Shown here: positions 58,113-64,000 of the stretch, in pieces
Numbering within the stretch: position 1 is the stretch's first letter
Layout: every line of letters begins with the position of its first letter
DNA from: PVC group bacterium
GTDB taxonomy: Bacteria > Omnitrophota > Gorgyraeia > B26-G9
Assembly: GCA_024231215.1 (NCBI GenBank)
Contig: JAAEQR010000195.1
Location: forward strand, 298,488 to 362,487
Direction: 5' to 3'
Length of the DNA: 64,000 bases
The notes under the pieces: generated by a model
Told to the model about the DNA's origin: nothing
The model's database searches: none
Seen by the model: the letters and a program-made list of their open reading frames with translations, nothing else
Program-made: the position numbers and the translations under genes

Positions 58113-58733
58113 ATGAAAAAAGAAACTTTTTTTATCACGGGGCTGATCGTTTGTTTTGTTTTTATGTCTACGGTAGTTTTTGCTGCAGAGGGGATAACTT
58201 TAAAAGAGGTTGCAGATGCGATTGCCAAAATGTTAATATCCGGCAGAGCGATTATTGCTGAGAATCAAGAGCTTATTAATACACATAATGCTACGGTTAT
58301 TAATCCATCTCCGGAAGGACAGCCGCAATCATTTAAAGGGTTTGTTCCTGCTCTTTTTGGAATGTTTGTTTCGAAGAGATTTTACGAAGATTCCGGAATC
58401 AGGGTTAAACAGACGACTCGTGGTAGAGGAGTATATAAAGCACGAAATGAGTATAATATTCCGGATGAGTGGGAAGCGGATAAGCTTTTGAAGTTTGAAG
58501 AGGGAATGTATGAACGCGATACAGGTTATGGGGAAGTAATCACGAAGGGGGATATTAAAACTTATCGCTATGTTCGTCCACTGTATATTGAAGAATCATG
58601 TTTAAAATGTCACGGAGATCCAATGACTAGTCATACTAAAGATGGAAAAGATATTTCTGGTCGTCAAATGGAAGGATATCAGGTAGGGGAGTTGCGTGGC
58701 GGAATTAGTGTTACTATCTTTCTTCGCGAATAA
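58113..58733 (+). CDS. DUF3365 (Tll0287-like) c-type heme sensor domain protein
   Basis: Signal peptide and a C-terminal 'CLKCHGDP' CxxCH heme-c motif; co-transcribed with the histidine kinase. Confidence 0.6.
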   Translation: MKKETFFITGLIVCFVFMSTVVFAAEGITLKEVADAIAKMLISGRAIIAENQELINTHNATVINPSPEGQPQSFKGFVPALFGMFVSKRFYEDSGIRVKQTTRGRGVYKARNEYNIPDEWEADKLLKFEEGMYERDTGYGEVITKGDIKTYRYVRPLYIEESCLKCHGDPMTSHTKDGKDISGRQMEGYQVGELRGGISVTIFLRE

Positions 58734-58752
58734 TTGTTTCTGTTTGTCCAGC

Positions 58753-58780
58753 TTGATAAATGTAGTTTTAGTGATATAAT
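58753..58780 (+). promoter_or_regulatory. sigma70-like promoter (TTGATA 58753-58758, 16 nt, TATAAT 58775-58780) for the thi operon
   Basis: Read directly from the sequence. Confidence 0.5.
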
Positions 58781-58796
58781 ATGGAATTGGATGATT

Positions 58797-58892
58797 TTGT
58801 GTTTGGGGAGGTAGGTTGTGTCTGCCTGAGAGTTTCGATCAAGTCGAATTACCCGTTGAACCTGATCTGAGTAATGTCAGCGTAGGGAGATA
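58797..58892 (+). ncRNA. TPP (THI-box) riboswitch aptamer
   Basis: 'GGGGAGGTAGG...CTGAGA...ACCCGTTGAACCTGATCTGAGTAATGTCAGCGTAGGGAG' matches the THI-box conserved cores (CUGAGA, ACCUGAUC, GCGUAGGGA). Confidence 0.8.
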
Positions 58893-58894
58893 AG

Positions 58895-58930
58895 AAAAAA
58901 ACTCTGTCTACGCGGCAGAGTTTTTTATTT
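58895..58930 (+). terminator. riboswitch expression-platform terminator (AAAAAACTCTG...CAGAGTTTTTT)
   Basis: Stem plus a 6-T run immediately after the aptamer and before thiE. Confidence 0.6.
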
Positions 58931-58934
58931 TATT

Positions 58935-59558
58935 ATGCAGAATAATTTATATTTAGTTTTGACTAGTAGTTATCGGAATGATTTAAATCCGGTTGAGATT
59001 GCTGCCTTGGCTATTGAAGGTGGAGTTGATGTCTTGCAAATGCGTGAAAAACAGCTTTCCAGGGAAGAATTGATTACTCTTGGCAGGCAATATAGAACGC
59101 TTTGCCATAGAACAGGAACTATTTACATTGTTAATGATAACCCCGAATTAGCTGTTGAAGTGGATGCAGACGGTGTGCATATGGGGCAGGAAGATCTTAA
59201 AGCCATAGGTATTGCTGAGATTCGTGATATTGTCGGTAAGAGGATGATTGGAGTTTCGACACATTCTTTGGAACAGTTTAGAATTGCCAACGAGGAGGAT
59301 TTAGACTATATTGCGTTTGGTCCTTTATTTGAAACGAAAACAAAAGATTATAGTATTGGGTTAGATGAGGTAGCAACTGTGCTTAAGGAAGCTAAAAAGC
59401 CGATTGTTTTTATCGGCGGAATAAATTTAGATAATATTGATAGTGTTTTATCATTAGGGGCGCAGAACATTGCGTTGATAAGTGCAATTATGCAGGCGCA
59501 GGATATAAAATTGCAAGCGCAGTTATTTAAAAGGAAAATTTATGAAACTAAAATTTAA
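58935..59558 (+). CDS. thiE: thiamine-phosphate synthase
   Basis: 207 aa TIM barrel, 'VLQMREK...IGVS'. Confidence 0.85.
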   Translation: MQNNLYLVLTSSYRNDLNPVEIAALAIEGGVDVLQMREKQLSREELITLGRQYRTLCHRTGTIYIVNDNPELAVEVDADGVHMGQEDLKAIGIAEIRDIVGKRMIGVSTHSLEQFRIANEEDLDYIAFGPLFETKTKDYSIGLDEVATVLKEAKKPIVFIGGINLDNIDSVLSLGAQNIALISAIMQAQDIKLQAQLFKRKIYETKI

Positions 59559-59742
59559 TGGTAAAGATTTAGAAGTTAATAATATCGAAACTTTAACTGA
59601 TTTGGTAAAAGATAAAAAGCTTAACCCTGAATCTATTGCAATTAGTTATAATAATGCGATTATCCCCCGTAAAGATTGGGAAAGGGTAGAGCTTAAAGAG
59701 CATGATGTAATAGATATTGTCATGTTTATGATGGGAGGATAA
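59542..59742 (+). CDS. thiS: sulfur carrier protein ThiS
   Basis: 66 aa ending in GG. Confidence 0.85.
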   Translation: MKLKFNGKDLEVNNIETLTDLVKDKKLNPESIAISYNNAIIPRKDWERVELKEHDVIDIVMFMMGG

Positions 59743-60518
59743 TGAAAGATACGCTGATTATTGCCGGTCGTGCAATAAAAAATCGTCTTTTTGTGGGAAC
59801 AGGTAAGTTCCCCCGGAAATCAATTGTGAAGGATGTTTTGGAGACGATAAAAGCAGATGTTGTCACAGTTTCTTTGCGCCGGGTTGATTTGGATTCACAG
59901 GATGAGAATATTCTGGAGTTTGTTCCTAAAAGCTCTCAACTAATGGTGAATACTTCCGGAGCTAGAACTGCTGAGGAGGCGATACGGATTGCCAGGCTTA
60001 GTAAGGCTTGTGGGGGTGATGGCTGGATAAAAATAGAGGTTATCTCAGATAGTAAATATCTTTTGCCGGATAATGAAGAGACGATTAAGGCGACGGAGGT
60101 TTTAGCTAAAGAAGGGTTTAAGGTATTTCCTTACATGACCCCGGATCTTTATGATGCTAAACGTTTGGTTGATGCCGGAGCGGTTGCGGTTATGCCGTTG
60201 GGGTCGCCGATTGGCAGTAATCGAGGGATTAAAACTAAGGAGCTTGTTCAGATTATAATTAATGAAGTTAAAGCACCAATTATTGTTGATGCCGGATTAG
60301 GTATGCCTTCGGAAGCTGCTGAGTGTATGGAGATGGGATGTGCGGCGGTGTTGGTTAATACTGCGATTGCTACTGCTAAAAATCAAGTTTTGATGGCAGA
60401 AGGTTTTTCTGAGGCGGTTAAGGCCGGGAGAAAAGCCTTTTTAGCTAAAGGTAATCAGGCAGAGCAAATAAAAGCTCATGCTTCTTCTCCACTGACAGGT
60501 TTTCTACATGAGAAATAA
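59742..60518 (+). CDS. thiG: thiazole synthase
   Basis: 258 aa ThiG barrel, '[10 protein letters not shown]'. Confidence 0.88.
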   Translation: MKDTLIIAGRAIKNRLFVGTGKFPRKSIVKDVLETIKADVVTVSLRRVDLDSQDENILEFVPKSSQLMVNTSGARTAEEAIRIARLSKACGGDGWIKIEVISDSKYLLPDNEETIKATEVLAKEGFKVFPYMTPDLYDAKRLVDAGAVAVMPLGSPIGSNRGIKTKELVQIIINEVKAPIIVDAGLGMPSEAAECMEMGCAAVLVNTAIATAKNQVLMAEGFSEAVKAGRKAFLAKGNQAEQIKAHASSPLTGFLHEK

Positions 60519-60520
60519 TA

Positions 60521-61627
60521 ATGAGTTTTCTTGATTTTATTAAACAGTATGAAGGATTTGATTTCAAAAAGTCGTTTGATCAAGTAAAAGAAAACGATAT
60601 AATTACTGCTTTATCCGGCGATAATCTTAATCAGTCGGATTTTTTAGCGCTTTTATCTCCAAAAGCTTGTGCATATTTAGAAAATATTGCGCAACGTGCT
60701 CACCAGTTAACTTTAAACTACTTTGGAAGGACGATTCAGCTTTATACTCCGATATATTTAGCTAATTATTGTGAGAGTCGTTGTTTGTATTGTGGTTTTC
60801 AAGCTGGGAATGAAGTTAAACGAACAAAGATGAATTTTAAACAGCTTGAGAAAGAAGCAAAATTTTTAGCTGAACAAGGGTTTAAGCATGTATTGATTTT
60901 AACCGGAAGCTCCCGGAAGCAAACACCGGTTGAGTATATAAGACAATGTGTTGAAATTCTTAAAGGTTATTTTAGTTCGATAGCTATTGAAATATATGCG
61001 TTAACTGAATCCGAATATAGTCAATTGATTAAAGCCGGAGTAGACGGGTTGACTATTTATCAGGAAGTTTATGATCGGGAAATATATAAAAAAGTGCATC
61101 TTAGCGGGCCTAAAAGTGATCATCAATTCAGATTAGATGCGCCGGAGAGGGCGGCTTCTACTAATATTCGTTGTGTAAATATTGGGGCTTTATTAGGGCT
61201 AGGTCCTTGGCGTAGCGAAGTTTTTTTTATGGGATTACATGCAAAATATTTACAAGATAATTATCCTCAAGTTGAAGTTTCGTTATCGATTCCCAGGTTA
61301 AGACCGCATAAAGGCAAGTTTGAAGATGTTTTTCCTGTTACAGATCAGGATATTGTTCAGATTGTTACTGCTTTGAGGGTGTTCTTGCCACGAGTCGGGA
61401 TAACTTTATCGACCAGAGAAAACGATGTTTTTCGTGATAATTTACTTTCTTTAGGCATAACGCGTTTATCAGCTGGGTCAACTACTGCTGTGGGCGGGCA
61501 TACCAGTGAATTTGACGAAGCTAATCAGTTTGAGATTGCCGATACCCGGAATTTAGCGCAAATAAAACAGGTGTTAGCGGAAAAAGATTACCAGCCGGTA
61601 TTGAAAGACTGGATGCATTTATCGTAG
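60521..61627 (+). CDS. thiH: 2-iminoacetate synthase (tyrosine lyase)
   Basis: Radical-SAM 'CESRCLYCGF'; completes the thiS-thiG-thiH set. Confidence 0.85.
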   Translation: MSFLDFIKQYEGFDFKKSFDQVKENDIITALSGDNLNQSDFLALLSPKACAYLENIAQRAHQLTLNYFGRTIQLYTPIYLANYCESRCLYCGFQAGNEVKRTKMNFKQLEKEAKFLAEQGFKHVLILTGSSRKQTPVEYIRQCVEILKGYFSSIAIEIYALTESEYSQLIKAGVDGLTIYQEVYDREIYKKVHLSGPKSDHQFRLDAPERAASTNIRCVNIGALLGLGPWRSEVFFMGLHAKYLQDNYPQVEVSLSIPRLRPHKGKFEDVFPVTDQDIVQIVTALRVFLPRVGITLSTRENDVFRDNLLSLGITRLSAGSTTAVGGHTSEFDEANQFEIADTRNLAQIKQVLAEKDYQPVLKDWMHLS

Positions 61628-61731
61628 GGGCTACGTTTGCAAAATCATTAGATTGACAATAAAGTTAAAGTTGTATTATAATTAATACTTAATAGTTGGA
61701 ATAATTAGAATAATAATAATAACTGGAAAAA

Positions 61732-62292
61732 ATGGAAAAAGAAATTTTAACTACTTATGAGATTGCAAGTCGCTGTCATGTGGATATTAAAACTGTCATT
61801 AATTGGACAAATGACGGTTCTCTGAAGGCGTATAAAACTAAAGGTGGGCATAGGCGTATAAAGAGAGCTGATTTAGTAGAATTTCTGAGCAAACATAATA
61901 TGCCTATTTCTTTGAAAAAAAGAATACTTGTGGTTGATGATGATGAGTCAATAAGGATTGCTTTAAGGGAATCTTTTGAATCAAAAGGATTCATTGTTTA
62001 TTTGGCTGATAACGGTTTTACCGCAGGCACAATTTTTGAGGCAAAAAGACCCGATGTAATAATATTGGATTTTGTTATGCCTGGGATAGATGGAATTAAT
62101 GCTTGTAAGTATATTCGAAAGATGGAAGATTTAAAACATACAAAGATTATTTTTCTGACAGGATATCCGTCAAAAGATAATTTTAAGGAAGCAAAAAAAG
62201 CTGGGGCAGATATTTGTCTTGCTAAGCCGGTGGATAATGAGGTTTTATTTAAAGAAGTTGAAGAAATACTAGGAGTTTTCGCTGATGGCTAA
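61732..62292 (+). CDS. response regulator with an N-terminal excisionase/MerR-type HTH and a C-terminal REC domain
   Basis: 'YEIASRCHVDIKTVINWTNDGSLKAYKTKGGHRRI' HTH followed by 'ILVVDDDESIR...DVIILDFVMPGIDG'. Confidence 0.7.
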   Translation: MEKEILTTYEIASRCHVDIKTVINWTNDGSLKAYKTKGGHRRIKRADLVEFLSKHNMPISLKKRILVVDDDESIRIALRESFESKGFIVYLADNGFTAGTIFEAKRPDVIILDFVMPGIDGINACKYIRKMEDLKHTKIIFLTGYPSKDNFKEAKKAGADICLAKPVDNEVLFKEVEEILGVFADG

Positions 62293-63928
62293 AAGAAAAA
62301 ATCAGGTTAATGAAAAAAATCATTTTTTCGAGGAAGAATTAAAGAGAGAACATGGTTTTTCTGAGAGTATTATTAAGACGGCGCAGATAATTATACTTGT
62401 ATTAGATAGAGAAGGAAGAGTTGTTAGATTTAATCCATATATGGAAAAAATAACCGGATATAAATTAAAAGAAGTAAAAGGAAAGGATTGGTTTACTACA
62501 TTTCTTCCGGAAGGTGATTATGATAAGATTAGGAAACTTTTTAAGAAGGCGATTGGCAATATTCATACAAAAGGCAATGTTAATTCAATTCTGACAAAAG
62601 ATAAAAAGGAAATTTTAATTGAATGGTATGATGATACTTTAAGAGACAAAAAAGGCAATATTATTGGAATTGTCTCTTTAGGGATTGATATAACCGAACG
62701 CAAAAAAGTGGAGAAGGTGTTACACGAAAGTCATAAATTAGGCATTGCTCTTAGTGCGATATCTGATCTTAATGTAGGACTTAGGATATGCCTTGAGGCG
62801 GCATTAGATGTTTCGGGAATGGATTGTGGAGCAGTTTATCTTTTTGATAAGATTACGGGTAATTTAAATGTGGTATTTGATAAAGGATTATCTCCTGACT
62901 TTATAAAAAATACATCTTGTTATAATTCAGATTCTGTTAATGTGAAGATTGTAATGAAAGCAAAACCCATCTACACACAGTATGAAATACTGGGTGTGCC
63001 CATTAATGATATGGAGAAAGCTGAGAGCTTAAGGGCTATTGCTGTGATCCCGATAATATATCAAAAACGAGTAATCGGTTGTCTTAATGTTGCGTCTCAT
63101 ATTTTTAATATCGAACAAGTATCAGCGGTATCTCGAGAAGCACTTGAATCAATTGTTGCTCAAATAGGTAATGCTGTTGCTCGTTTGCAGGGGGAGAAAG
63201 AGCTAGAGCAATATCGTAATGATCTTGAAAAATTGGTTGAAGAACGTACGCAGCAACTTGTCTTAGCAGAAAGATTGGCTGCAACCGGTAGATTAGCCGC
63301 AAGTATTGCTCACGAAATTAACAGTCCGTTACAAGGTATGCTCTTGCATCTTGAGTTGATGAAGGATGGGTTGCCTGGAAAATCTAAGAAATTTAAGAAT
63401 TATGAATATGTTAAATCAAATATTATTAAAATCCGGGATATTGTGAAGCAGTTATTGGATATTTACAGGAAGACAGATGCTAAAAAAACAATTATTGATA
63501 TAAATGATTTGATCCAAAAAGTTGCAGGCTTGATCAATTATCAATTAGAGTTGAAAAACATTTCTTTGGAATTAAATTTAAATGAACAGCTTCCGGGGAT
63601 ATTAGGACATGAACAGCAATTACATCAAGTAATTTTAAATATATTGTTAAATTCCTTAGATAGTATTGAAGGCAGAGGAAAGATTGTGGTTACTACATTA
63701 TGTGATAAAAATTATGTAAAGGTTAAAATTAAGGATAATGGGCGAGGCATAAAACAGGAAAATATCGGCCATGTATTCGATCCATTTTTCAGTACAAAGA
63801 AAGATTCAGGGGTTGGTCTTGGGCTTTTTGTTTGCAAGGGGCTTATTAAAAACCATGATGGAGAGATAACCGTAGAAAAGAATAAAACGAAGGGAAGCTT
63901 ATTTATAATAACCTTACCAAGGAGGTAA
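62285..63928 (+). CDS. sensor histidine kinase with PAS and GAF domains
   Basis: PAS 'ILVLDREGRVVRFN', a GAF domain, H-box 'IAHEINSPLQG', and HATPase 'GVGLGLFVCK'. Confidence 0.8.
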   Translation: MAKRKNQVNEKNHFFEEELKREHGFSESIIKTAQIIILVLDREGRVVRFNPYMEKITGYKLKEVKGKDWFTTFLPEGDYDKIRKLFKKAIGNIHTKGNVNSILTKDKKEILIEWYDDTLRDKKGNIIGIVSLGIDITERKKVEKVLHESHKLGIALSAISDLNVGLRICLEAALDVSGMDCGAVYLFDKITGNLNVVFDKGLSPDFIKNTSCYNSDSVNVKIVMKAKPIYTQYEILGVPINDMEKAESLRAIAVIPIIYQKRVIGCLNVASHIFNIEQVSAVSREALESIVAQIGNAVARLQGEKELEQYRNDLEKLVEERTQQLVLAERLAATGRLAASIAHEINSPLQGMLLHLELMKDGLPGKSKKFKNYEYVKSNIIKIRDIVKQLLDIYRKTDAKKTIIDINDLIQKVAGLINYQLELKNISLELNLNEQLPGILGHEQQLHQVILNILLNSLDSIEGRGKIVVTTLCDKNYVKVKIKDNGRGIKQENIGHVFDPFFSTKKDSGVGLGLFVCKGLIKNHDGEITVEKNKTKGSLFIITLPRR

Positions 63929-63942
63929 TTTCATGAAAGAGA

Positions 63943-64000
63943 ACATACTTATTATTGATGATGATGTATCTATTCTTGCAGCTTTTGAGGAAGTGTTGAC
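63943..64000 (+). CDS. response regulator (N-terminus only; continues beyond window)
   Basis: 'ILIIDDDVSILAAFEEVL' REC start. Confidence 0.6.

Overview
The window is 64 kb of low-GC, almost entirely + strand-coded chromosome from a strict anaerobe. The anaerobe call rests on the gene content: rubredoxin, flavodiiron protein, desulfoferrodoxin, rubrerythrin, hybrid-cluster protein, radical-SAM enzymes and an alSiR-type sulfite reductase. I found no rRNA, tRNA, CRISPR array, transposase or integrase.

Content, in order:
- Glycine cleavage and lipoylation: gcvPA (3' end), gcvPB, lipoate ligase, lipA, with ispH convergent.
- Iron uptake: a dtxR-like repressor with feoA and feoB, behind a DtxR-box promoter.
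- A LysM amidase, a TIGR01212 radical-SAM protein, and an HExxH protein translationally coupled to an ATP-grasp ligase.
- A type IV pilus / T2SS-like operon: two CheY receivers, pilB, pilC, a major pilin, 3-4 pseudopilins (one carrying a lamin-tail domain), a pilM-pilN fusion, pilO-like and pilP-like genes. No secretin, peptidase or retraction ATPase is in the window.
- A convergent polytopic membrane protein with C-terminal TPR repeats.
- An arsenic/thiol-redox cluster: DUF134 regulator, DUF318 permease, thioredoxin-like protein, CxxC protein, CcdA, ACR3, ArsC.
- Cupin, Fe-ADH, macro domain, a TIGR03916-type radical-SAM 'DNA modification/repair' protein, and folE.
- A 1110-aa membrane-anchored ClpB-like double-AAA+ protein with degenerate Walker motifs and an unknown C-terminal extension.
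- crcB, a second DUF318 permease, and an Rrf2 regulator.
- An O2/ROS-detoxification cluster: FNR-like reductase, rubredoxin, flavodiiron protein, desulfoferrodoxin, rubrerythrin. Each transcription unit is preceded by a copy of a conserved ~75-nt two-hairpin element.
- A sulfur assimilation and Met/Cys cluster: DUF2061, APS/PAPS reductase, small sulfite reductase, Rrf2, metY, cysK, metX, metW.
- nadA, an Fe-S protein, an HExxH membrane protein, a standalone NrdD C-terminal glycyl-radical-like ORF, hcp, and a tandem-domain ThyX.
- A c-di-GMP / two-component block: GAF-HD-GYP-PilZ, a histidine kinase, and a CxxCH DUF3365 heme sensor.
- A TPP riboswitch in front of thiE-thiS-thiG-thiH, followed by more two-component genes.

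The best candidates for undescribed biology are the triple-copy structured element in the oxidative-stress cluster, the membrane-anchored pseudo-ClpB, the HExxH/ATP-grasp pair, the shared CACATATGTG operators, and the orphan glycyl-radical domain ORF.
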